From contig OY970343.1 in NCBI GenBank assembly GCA_963717525.1, forward strand, positions 608,001 through 672,000: a DNA stretch of 64,000 nucleotides, read 5' to 3'. The notes under the pieces are model-generated. The model did no database searches. It was not told the DNA's origin and worked only from the letters and a program-made list of their open reading frames with translations. A program made the translations under genes and the position numbers. The first letter of the stretch is position 1. Each line of letters starts with the position of its first letter. Shown here piece by piece: positions 55,736-64,000 of the stretch. Source of the DNA: an uncultured Methanoregulaceae archaeon (GTDB lineage: Archaea > Halobacteriota > Methanomicrobia > Methanomicrobiales > Methanospirillaceae).

Positions 55736-56528
55736 ACGTGCACAGCTGGCAATGATGCTTGAGGTCTGCGCCTTCCCCAAGCCCGGGAACGTGGACCGGT
55801 GTCATGACTATCCCGACACCCGGCTCGAACATTTCCTCGCGTCTGTGATCCTTGCCCGCCCGGCTCTTGATGAGGCCGCATTGGGTAAAGGGAGGATTGG
55901 TGAGATTATCGGCCATGCTGTCCGTCAGACCAGCATGCACAGCGGCGGCAACACGCATTTCGGGGCATTTATCCTCTTAATACCTCTCTTGTACGGCGGC
56001 GATATCGAAGGTGCGAAGACTGCCGTCACCCGTACCGATGTATCCGACGCGGTTGCGTTCTACAAGGCGTTTGCGCTTACCCGGGTCCGGATGAACGAAG
56101 GAGACGAGCTTGACGTGAACGACCCGCGGGTACTGGACGAGCTCCGCGAACGCGACATGACCCTGCTTGACGTGATGCAGCACTCGGCGGCAAACGACAT
56201 GGTCGCCCGCGAGTGGATCAACGGGTTTATGCTGACCCGGCGCGGTGCCGATATCCTCCACCAGATCGGGCCGGGCCGGGGGGCGGTGGTCGAGATGTTC
56301 CTTACCCTGCTTGCAACCGAGCCGGATACGTTCATCATCAAGAAGCACGGCCGGGCAGTGGCTGAACAGACCATGGAAAAGGCCCGCGAGGTTTTGGACG
56401 GGCGGAGAGTGCTTGAGACCTTCGATGCCGAATGCATCGAGGCCGGTATCAACCCGGGCTCGATCGCTGATATCACGATCGCGGCGATCTTTATCGCTTT
56501 GGGCGAGGGATGGGAATGGGACTCTTAA
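55707..56528 (+). CDS. CitG-like triphosphoribosyl-dephospho-CoA synthase family protein
   Basis: LEV..PKPGNVDR, GNTHFG and INPGSIAD motifs. Confidence 0.85.
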   Translation: MTSLLLSPAERAQLAMMLEVCAFPKPGNVDRCHDYPDTRLEHFLASVILARPALDEAALGKGRIGEIIGHAVRQTSMHSGGNTHFGAFILLIPLLYGGDIEGAKTAVTRTDVSDAVAFYKAFALTRVRMNEGDELDVNDPRVLDELRERDMTLLDVMQHSAANDMVAREWINGFMLTRRGADILHQIGPGRGAVVEMFLTLLATEPDTFIIKKHGRAVAEQTMEKAREVLDGRRVLETFDAECIEAGINPGSIADITIAAIFIALGEGWEWDS

Positions 56529-57073
56529 AAAGCGGGATCAACGAGGTGATCGCGACCACTGCTTTCAACGCGGCGCCCATCGGTATCCATATCCGGGACA
56601 AAACGGTGAGCATGATCCTCTTCCCCGGCGGCCACACTGCGGAGAATATCGTGCGCGATGGCTGGGTGGTCGCAAATATCATAAGCGATCCCCTGCTGTA
56701 TGTAAAGACTGCATTCGACGATCTCCCCCGTGATGCATTTGTTGAGGAGCCGGTGGCGGGCAAGACAATGTACCGGCTCGCCGGTGCCGAAGCCTGGATC
56801 GCATTCACCGCACAGGCAGAAAGCAATTCCGCCGGGACGATTAAGGTCACGCTTACGCAGGAGAAAGAGATCATCGAGACCGTTGCGGTTCACCCGGTGA
56901 ACCGGGGGTTCAACAGCATCATAGACGCGACCGTTCACGCGACCCGGTACCGGGTAAACCGGGATCCGGAGATCAAGAAACTGATCGATTACCACACCGG
57001 CATTGTGCGGAAATGCGGCGGGAAGAAAGATCTTGCAGCACTGGATCTGCTGGTGCGGTATATCGGCGAATAA
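56510..57073 (+). CDS. DUF447 family protein
   Basis: EVIATT..NAAPIG, HTAENI and NRGFNSIIDATVHATR motifs. Confidence 0.85.
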   Translation: MGMGLLKSGINEVIATTAFNAAPIGIHIRDKTVSMILFPGGHTAENIVRDGWVVANIISDPLLYVKTAFDDLPRDAFVEEPVAGKTMYRLAGAEAWIAFTAQAESNSAGTIKVTLTQEKEIIETVAVHPVNRGFNSIIDATVHATRYRVNRDPEIKKLIDYHTGIVRKCGGKKDLAALDLLVRYIGE

Positions 57074-57143
57074 CACAAGGTAACAGAATCTCCGGGACAC
57101 TCACCCGCCATCAGGGCGATTTTTTAAAAGAGAGAGGGATGGA

Positions 57144-58140
57144 TCAGCACACCCGGGGTACCGGATCGCCCATGGGGGGCTCTATGAACCGTTCTCCCCC
57201 GATTGCGGTCTCCATGATTACGTGGGACCCGGCGACCACCCTGCCTATGATCGCGGCGTCCTTCCCGTACTTATGGGAGCGGAGAGCCGCTAGGATCGAA
57301 TCTGCATCGGCTGCCGGGTACTCCCATCAACACCTTGCCTTCGTTTGCCACTTCCAGCGGGTCGATGCCGAGCATGCCGGCCGCACTCCTGACACTCCTG
57401 CGGACAGGAATAAGTCTCTCCTCGATCCTGACCTGCACATGGCTCTTCTTTGCCATCTCGTTTATGGCGCTTGCAAAACCGCCCCGGGTCGGGTCTTTCA
57501 TCGCGTGAATGGTTCCCGCATCAAGGGCGCCTTCCATCATCCCCCAGAGAGGGGAGACATCGGAGTGGATCTGCTCGCCGAGATCGAACCCTTCACGGTG
57601 GGCCATGATCGCGATACCGTGATCGCCCAAAGTTCCCGAGACGATGATCACGTCCCCGGGGACAAGGCCGTTGTCCCGCACGATGGTCCGTGCGACGCCG
57701 ATACCGGCGGTGTTGATTATGATCCCGTCAAGCGAGCCCTTCTCGACAACTTTGGTGTCTCCCGTCACAAGGCTTGCTCCTGCCTCGCCGAGCGCTTCGT
57801 CCATGGAGCTTACAATCCGGGCAAGATCGGCGACATCGAAGCCCTCTTCGATGATCATCCCGCACGAGAGTGCAACCGGCCGCCCCCCCATCATGGTAAG
57901 GTCGTTTACCGTGCCGCAGACCGCGATCCTGCCGATATCCCCCCCCGGGAAAAAGATCGGGCGGACGACGTGGGAATCCGTGGTAAAGACGATATTGGTG
58001 CCGTTGATCGGTATGACGGCCCCGTCATCAAGTGACTCGAGCCCTATCCCGCCGGCATTGTTGTGGGAGAATTTCGTGAGCGTCTGCAGGAGTTCGCCCA
58101 TCACCTCGCCCCCGGCGCCATGCATCAGGTTGACCTTCAT
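57144..58140 (-). CDS. hypE: hydrogenase maturation protein HypE, frameshift near 57317
   Basis: HGAGG, FTTDSHVV, GDTKVV, DPTRGG and ANEG motifs; C-terminal PRVC* in the second frame. Confidence 0.93.
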
Positions 58141-58481
58141 GGGGAGTCCGCCACCTCAATCTCGACATTGGTCACGACGATCTCGCGGCCACGGACCACT
58201 TCGGGAAGGGCGCCACAGCGGGGACAGATATAGATCTCGTTTCCCTCGTACCCGCAGGGACATTTCGTTGCCGGTTCCACCTCGGTGCATTCCAGGACTG
58301 TTGCGGTAAAGAGCGGGTCGTCCTCTTTTATGGTATCAAACAAAAAGATCACCTGTTCGGGGTTCACCATGGCCATCTTTCCCACGTCGACCCGGATCTT
58401 TTTTACCTTCGTGGCCCGGTGATCAAGCGCTGCTTTTTTTGCGGTTGCGTACAGGTCGTAAGCGATGCTGTATTCGTGCAT
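58137..58481 (-). CDS. hypA: hydrogenase nickel metallochaperone HypA
   Basis: MHEYSIA, CPCG...CPRCG and GRE motifs. Confidence 0.93.
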   Translation of the reverse strand: MHEYSIAYDLYATAKKAALDHRATKVKKIRVDVGKMAMVNPEQVIFLFDTIKEDDPLFTATVLECTEVEPATKCPCGYEGNEIYICPRCGALPEVVRGREIVVTNVEIEVADSP

Positions 58482-58705
58482 CACTCCTCCAGCGCGGCAT
58501 AGACCTGCTTAAAGATCTCCCGGGTCTCCAGCCCGTCCTCGCGGGAGAGGCGCTGGATTGCAAACCCCACGTGCACAAGCACGAACTCTCCGATCTTGAC
58601 ATCCACGAGATCGAGCCGGACTTCCTGTTTGAGGTCGCCATAGTCCACGACCCCGATATTCCCGTCCTTGATCTCCAGCACTTCTGCAGGAACTGCAACG
58701 CACAT
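58481..58705 (-). CDS. hypC: hydrogenase chaperone HypC
   Basis: MCVAVP and VLVHVGFAI motifs. Confidence 0.95.
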   Translation of the reverse strand: MCVAVPAEVLEIKDGNIGVVDYGDLKQEVRLDLVDVKIGEFVLVHVGFAIQRLSREDGLETREIFKQVYAALEE

Positions 58706-58859
58706 CGATGGCTCACACCTGTATCCGGTTAGGTACTATGGATTTTCCATACTCATAAAAACAGTGATAAGACCCTTTTGGATTCCACGGAATACCTTCG
58801 CTTCGTTCCTGTGCGATTGGGAAGAAGGGAAACAAACCGGAAATGCGTTCTTAATTTGA

Positions 58860-58944
58860 CGCCGGGGAAGAGATTTGAACTCTTGAGGTGCAGGGCACCA
58901 GTGGCTTTCAAGGCCACCGCCTTACCGGACTAGACTACCCCGGC
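58860..58944 (-). tRNA. tRNA-Ser (anticodon TGA)
   Basis: GCCGGGG/CCCCGGC acceptor stem; GTGGC-CTTGAAA-GCCAC anticodon arm; long variable arm; G discriminator. Confidence 0.95.
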
Positions 58945-59068
58945 ATGTGTTTCTACTCTTTTTGCGGTGCAATATGAAAAAGGCTTCTTTCCTCGTGCGG
59001 TTTTATCGCCCTGCCCGGATAACCGGAAGAGGAGATCCGGGATCCCATTCACCCGTTCTTCTTTACGG

Positions 59069-59885
59069 TTAATTCCTTCGCAGGTGAATGCAGAGCACTG
59101 CCATCGCTAGGGCAATCACGCAGACCCCAACCACAAGAGGTGCCTGTGTAGTCGTTGGCAGGGATGATTGCCCCGCCACGAATGCTGCGGGAACGGTCGG
59201 ACTTACCGTGACCGACTCTGCATTCGTGGGTGTCGCGGTCGTTTCCTGTGCTACCGTCTCATTTTCCCCGATAATACGTATCGTCCGCGTACCTATATAC
59301 CCCCCGGCATCGGTAAAACTCACATCGTAATTCCCGGCCTCGCTGACAGGTACCGCAAGGTTAAACCTTCCGAGGCTGTCGGTTCCCGTATAAGTCGGGC
59401 CGTAAATGACACCGTTATCCGGGCCGATCACGCCGACCTGGACGCCGGAACTGATATCCGTGGCAATCTGCCCGGTGAGGTATATATATCCTGATAATGC
59501 CTGGGTCGTCTGGGATGTCAGGATAATCTCATCGGAGCGGTTGACAATCATTACCTGCCTTATGGTAATGGAGTCTCCTGTCCCACCTGCCGGGACCTCG
59601 ACTTTATAAGTACCCGGGTGACAGGCCGGTCGTGTCGAATACAACACGGAAGGTATTGTCTGACTGGACATAGGCGACCATGCGATCAACCTCGGTACTG
59701 GTCGTTACCTGCTGGTAGAGTACCACATCGATCGGCGTCCCGATACCAAAGGTAGTTGTGCCATTGACGACAAGAGGCAGGCCCGCGGACAGGGTTGCCG
59801 GTGCATAAATGGTGACCTGGTATGCCGGCACACTGGATATGAGGAAAACAATCCCCAGTACCAGGAGGATGATCTTCTTCATCAA
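59069..59885 (-). CDS. secreted cell-surface protein, frameshift near 59613
   Basis: MKKIILLV signal peptide; FDTTGLSPG/TYKVEV junction; C-terminal TM plus RRN. Confidence 0.75.
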
Positions 59886-59912
59886 TGTACAAGATCAACT
59901 ATGAGGCTGTTA

Positions 59913-60900
59913 ATGATTTCTGATAACCAGAAAAAACCGATTGCGTGCTGGCGTGGCAAGGAGCGGTATAATGGCAGGACGGTAGAATGCCTGACAATTA
60001 TCTTTGAGTCCGGGGGATGCTCATGGGCCCGGTGCAGGATGTGCAGCTACCGGTTTGAGAAGTATACGGCCCGGTCCTGCGAGGAACTGTTAGAACACCT
60101 GCATGCCCAGCTGTGCTGGGTGAGTTCGCAGTTTTCGCTTGACGAATTCCCGATGATCAAGATCTTTACCTCGGGAAGTTTCTTTGATCCGGAAGAAGTC
60201 CCGCCCGGCATTTTTAACCCTGGTTGCGCAGGTATTCCGGGGAAAGATCGTGATCGCGGAGAGCCGGCCCGAGTATATCACCCGCGAGACCATTGAGCCG
60301 TTTGTCGCCGAACTCGATGACGGCACCCATCCAACCCCGCTCTATTGCGCAATCGGCCTTGAAACGACGAATGATTCTATCCGGGAGAAATGCATCAACA
60401 AGGGATTTTCCTACGCAGATTTTACTACGGCTGCAGCGAACGCCCATGCAGCCGGGGCAGGTGTGAAGGCGTATCTTCTTTTCAAGCCGCTGTTCCTTAC
60501 CGAGGCCGAAGCAATGGCCGATATGAGGTCATCGCTTGCCGGGCTGGCAGGGCAGGTGGAGATGGTCTCCATGAATCCCTGCACCGTCCAGAAAAGGACC
60601 GAACTTGAGATGTACTGGAAGCAGGGTGCATACCGGCCTCCCTATCTCTGGAGTATCCTGTCCCTGTTAAAAGGCTCGCCGGTTGAGGTGACCTGCGATC
60701 CTCTGGGTGGCGGGCAGAAACGGGGGCCGCACAACTGCGGGACGTGCGACTATGAGATCGTCCGCGGTATCAGGGATTATTCTCTTACCGGGGATCGCGA
60801 TCTCATAGGGGCGCTGCTGGAGACAGAGTGTGCCTGCAAGGGCGAGTGGGAGTACGTGCTTTCCCGGGAACAGCCATATTGTATGCCGCTTACGAGATGA
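59913..60900 (+). CDS. archaeosine biosynthesis radical SAM protein RaSEA (TIGR01210-like), frameshift near 60204
   Basis: GCSWARCRMC, KIFTSGSF, ESRPEY, IGLET, YRPPYLW and RGPHNC motifs. Confidence 0.85.
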
Positions 60901-60990
60901 GTATTCTCTCCAGTGCTGGCGTTTTTTTGATCCTGGTTCGGCCGGGTGTCCGGTTATAATAAAAAGATCTGGCAGGAGCGTTTGCCCCCA

Positions 60991-62238
60991 TCACAGGATG
61001 TTCCTGTTTTTTCCCCTGCTCTGCTTTTCGATCTGCTCGGCAAGGAGGGGGAAGAATGTTCCTGCATCGGAGACTATCCCGATGGCCTGTGTCGTGCCCC
61101 GGTCCATCAGTTTTGTCACGGAGGCGGGGTTGATATCCACGCACACCGTTTTTACGCTGGAGGGCAGGCAGTTGCCCACCGCTATCGAGTGCAGGAGGGT
61201 CGCGACCATCAGGACCATCTTGCACCCGGGGATATGCTTGCGCATCTCGTCCTGCGCCACCATCGTATCCTGGATCACATCGGGCAGGGGGCCGTCGTCC
61301 CTGATTGAACCGGCGAGTACAAACGGCACGTTGTGCTTAACGCACTCGTACATGATGCCCCCGGTAAGGATTCCCTGTTCCACCGCACTTTTCAGGGACC
61401 CGGCCCGCATGATCTCGCTTATCGCATAGATATGGTGCCGGTGCCCTCCCATTACCGGTCTTCCGGTTTTTATGTCCATCCCCAGTGATGTGCCAAAAAG
61501 GTTGTACTCGACATCGTGCGTTGCGAGTGCATTGCCGGCAAAGAGGACGTTGATATAGCCTTTCCGGACCATCTCCGCTACGGCCTTGTCTGCCCCGGTG
61601 TGGATGATCGCCGGACCTCCCACGAGGATGATCTTCCCTCCAGTCCTGTGGACCTCGAGGATCTCTTTTGCAATCTGTGCTATCAGGGTCTCGCTCGGCC
61701 GCTCCGATGAGACAGTGCCATGCATAAACTCGAACGTGCTGCTCGTCCGGGGGCGGTCGGGATAACTCACGAGCACGCCTTCTTCCCCGACAACGACAAA
61801 ATCTCCTTTCCTGATCTTTCCAAGGGGCGTACACCGGGCCTTCTTTTGTGCCGGATCGACCACGATCAGGAAGTCCATCTCGATTTCTTCGACCGGGACC
61901 CACTCGTCCGCAAGCCGGACCTGGGTGGGGTGATTGGTTGTCGTATAGAACTCCCGGGGGGCATTCCTGTCTCCTGCAGCCGGGACGTAATGGACCGATT
62001 GCACCTGGGGGAGCCGTGCGCCAAGCCGGTGGAGTTCCGAGAGGATGGAGCGCAGTTTTTCCTTGTCTTGGGCGACGATTTTCAGGCGGGCGTAGCTGGG
62101 ATCGGTTTTTTTCTTGCCCACATCAAACGTGAGGATCTCGAAATTCCCCCCCATGTCCATGATCCGGTCGAAGAGCTGGGTCATGATGCCTGAATCGATG
62201 ATATGACCCTGCAGTTCGATCTCCTGCGACTCCGCCAT
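60991..62238 (-). CDS. TIGR00300 family protein (archaeal ornithine cyclodeaminase-like)
   Basis: GHIIDS, FYTTTNH, FEFM..VSSE, GNALATHD and AGSIRDDGPLP motifs. Confidence 0.85.
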   Translation of the reverse strand: MAESQEIELQGHIIDSGIMTQLFDRIMDMGGNFEILTFDVGKKKTDPSYARLKIVAQDKEKLRSILSELHRLGARLPQVQSVHYVPAAGDRNAPREFYTTTNHPTQVRLADEWVPVEEIEMDFLIVVDPAQKKARCTPLGKIRKGDFVVVGEEGVLVSYPDRPRTSSTFEFMHGTVSSERPSETLIAQIAKEILEVHRTGGKIILVGGPAIIHTGADKAVAEMVRKGYINVLFAGNALATHDVEYNLFGTSLGMDIKTGRPVMGGHRHHIYAISEIMRAGSLKSAVEQGILTGGIMYECVKHNVPFVLAGSIRDDGPLPDVIQDTMVAQDEMRKHIPGCKMVLMVATLLHSIAVGNCLPSSVKTVCVDINPASVTKLMDRGTTQAIGIVSDAGTFFPLLAEQIEKQSRGKNRNIL

Positions 62239-62380
62239 AGTACTATAGTATTTAACCCCGCACCTTAATATTCATTCGTATTAAATACGGCAGGATCAGC
62301 CTTTTTTTGGGTGGAAAGACACGGATTGAGGCCAGTTAACCGTGGCTCCGGGTCAGAGTTTATAATCTCCGCACGACCGG

Positions 62381-62986
62381 TTACTGCAATTCCCGCTGTT
62401 TTGTGAGGAATACCTCTGCGGCTATCTGATCAGCACGGGTATTAACGTTGATTGCAAGCCTTGGATCATCGAGCACCAGCTGGATCTCATCCTGTGTTTC
62501 TGCGATCCTGTCACCTCTCAGAATATTGAGGCCGGTCGGGCAGGCTTCGATGTCCCGGATTTTTGTGCGGTAGGTCATGCCTCCCCGGCAGGAGGTGACG
62601 GTTTTTGAGGGAATCCACGTGGAACAGGCATCCTTTCCCGATTCGCGGTAGGCATTATGGATTGTGGAAATGATATCAGCGTCGATACAGGGAATATCCG
62701 AAACGCTCACAAACAAAGGGAGCTTCTCTTCAAGTGCCCGGACCGTCTCAACCATATCCGGTATATAATCTGCGCCTCCCGCATCGTACACATCGAGACC
62801 GTTTACCCTGCACCAGTTCCGGGTCATGGGCGTTTTGGGCGACGTTGCTACCACAACTTTGCATCCTGCCCCGGTGAAGGCATCGATGATATACCGGATC
62901 ATCGGCTGGTTATAGATGAGAATAAGGGGTTTTTCCCCGAGATTGAGGCGGCTCCCTGCCCCCCCTGCCATGATCAGCGCACGCAT
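62381..62986 (-). CDS. cobY: adenosylcobinamide-phosphate guanylyltransferase
   Basis: ALIMAGGAGSRL..GEKPL and INVNT motifs; downstream of cobD. Confidence 0.8.
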   Translation of the reverse strand: MRALIMAGGAGSRLNLGEKPLILIYNQPMIRYIIDAFTGAGCKVVVATSPKTPMTRNWCRVNGLDVYDAGGADYIPDMVETVRALEEKLPLFVSVSDIPCIDADIISTIHNAYRESGKDACSTWIPSKTVTSCRGGMTYRTKIRDIEACPTGLNILRGDRIAETQDEIQLVLDDPRLAINVNTRADQIAAEVFLTKQRELQ

Positions 62987-63972
62987 GCAGACAATGCCTC
63001 CACGAGCAGGGTGTTCTCTTCATGGGTCCTCACGGCCACGCGGATGCAGGACGGAAGACCAAACGACGTGCAGTCACGGACAAGGATATCGTGGGTTTCA
63101 AGCCGGGCACACAACGGCCCTGCATCACGGGCACAGTCCACCAGCAGGTAATTGACAGAGGACGGGTGGTACTGCAGGCCCATTCCCTGAATCTTTTTCT
63201 GGAGAAAACCCCGCTCTTTTGCGATGTATGCACGGGATCTCTCCAGCTCATCCATGTGGGTAAATGCCTGCAGGGCAAATGCCTCCGCGTATGCATTTAC
63301 GCTCCAGGGTGGCCGAGCCGTTTCGATCTTTGCAACCAGATCCGGATCCCCAAAACCATATCCAAACCGGATGCCGGGAACGGCAAAACTTTTGGTGAGT
63401 GAACGCAGGACAAAAAAAGATCCTTTGTGTTGGTCGATCAGGGTCTCTGAAGGATCCGCAAGTTCGATAAATGCCTCATCGGCAAAGAGGATTCCCCCAT
63501 GTGACGATGCCACTCTCGCGCGGGCCAGCATGTCGGTACAGGCGTACAATTCACCGGTCGGATTGTTGGGATTGCAGACAAAAGAAACATCCGCGGTCTC
63601 CGGCCTGTCTGCTGCCATGGCACCGGCAAGCCGGGCGGAGAGCTCGTATTCCCCGAACGTAGGTGAGGTGGTATGGTAGGTTCTCTTACTGGAGAGCATG
63701 ATCGAACAAAAGACGCGGATCAGCTCAATAGATCCGTTACCTACACAGATCTCATCAATATTCCGGTGGAACACCTGTGCGATACACTCTTTGAGCCGTC
63801 TGTAGTCATTATCCGGGTATGATGAAAGGCACCCAGGCTCGCAGCTCCATGCGAACCGGGGGGGCAGGGGGTTGAGGCTCGCGCTGAAATCCAAAAGGTT
63901 TTTGCCTGTATTTTCCCGCTGTCGCTTTCCGGTTCCTCCATGAACTACTGGGTGCGGAAAATCAACAGCCAT
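62974..63972 (-). CDS. cobD: threonine-phosphate decarboxylase (PLP class I/II)
   Basis: HGG, LDFSASLNP, GNGSIE, CNPNNPTG, DEAF and RSLTKSFAVPGIRFG motifs. Confidence 0.82.
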   Translation of the reverse strand: MAVDFPHPVVHGGTGKRQRENTGKNLLDFSASLNPLPPRFAWSCEPGCLSSYPDNDYRRLKECIAQVFHRNIDEICVGNGSIELIRVFCSIMLSSKRTYHTTSPTFGEYELSARLAGAMAADRPETADVSFVCNPNNPTGELYACTDMLARARVASSHGGILFADEAFIELADPSETLIDQHKGSFFVLRSLTKSFAVPGIRFGYGFGDPDLVAKIETARPPWSVNAYAEAFALQAFTHMDELERSRAYIAKERGFLQKKIQGMGLQYHPSSVNYLLVDCARDAGPLCARLETHDILVRDCTSFGLPSCIRVAVRTHEENTLLVEALSACVR

Positions 63973-64000
63973 CAAATCGCCCGTTTTTTTTCAAAAATAC

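Noticed and set aside
58860..58944. Possible tRNA-Sec
   Set aside because: The anticodon is TGA (reads UCA, Ser), not TCA, and the acceptor stem is a normal 7 bp.
3499..60900. Mass pseudogenisation or programmed frameshifting
   Set aside because: The indels hit essential genes, are not accompanied by visible nonsense decay, lack consistent slippery sites, and cluster at GTAC, AGCT, CCGG or homopolymers; sequencing error is more parsimonious.

Overview
This is a GC-rich chromosomal window from a methanogenic archaeon, most consistent with Methanomicrobiales (Methanoregula-like). The assignment rests on the coenzyme F430 genes, methanogenesis marker 9, aMBF1/PAN, REC-PAS-kinase architecture and PEGA surface proteins. 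It is mostly housekeeping: GH57/GT4 glucan genes, two proteasome-activating nucleotidases, a ppk1-CHAD/HD-ppx polyphosphate operon, cimA-ilvBN, a bacterial-looking gpmA/pmm/pgk block, an NRAMP-like/MgtE-N metal transport operon, serS, ilvE, cfbAEDB, hypCAE, RaSEA, cobD-cobY, and tRNA-Glu(TTC) and tRNA-Ser(TGA). No CRISPR array, transposase or rRNA was seen. Three signals stand out. (1) A three-copy dispersed intergenic repeat built from two nested hairpins, with a compensatory base-pair change. (2) A compact three-hairpin leader upstream of the metal transport operon, a riboswitch candidate. (3) About 20 genes carry single-base frameshifts, and 12 of the indels sit on GTAC or inside AGCT (2 more are next to AGCT). 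These are most likely sequencing artefacts caused by host DNA methylation, not true pseudogenes. All calls come from reading the sequence by eye; no searches were run.
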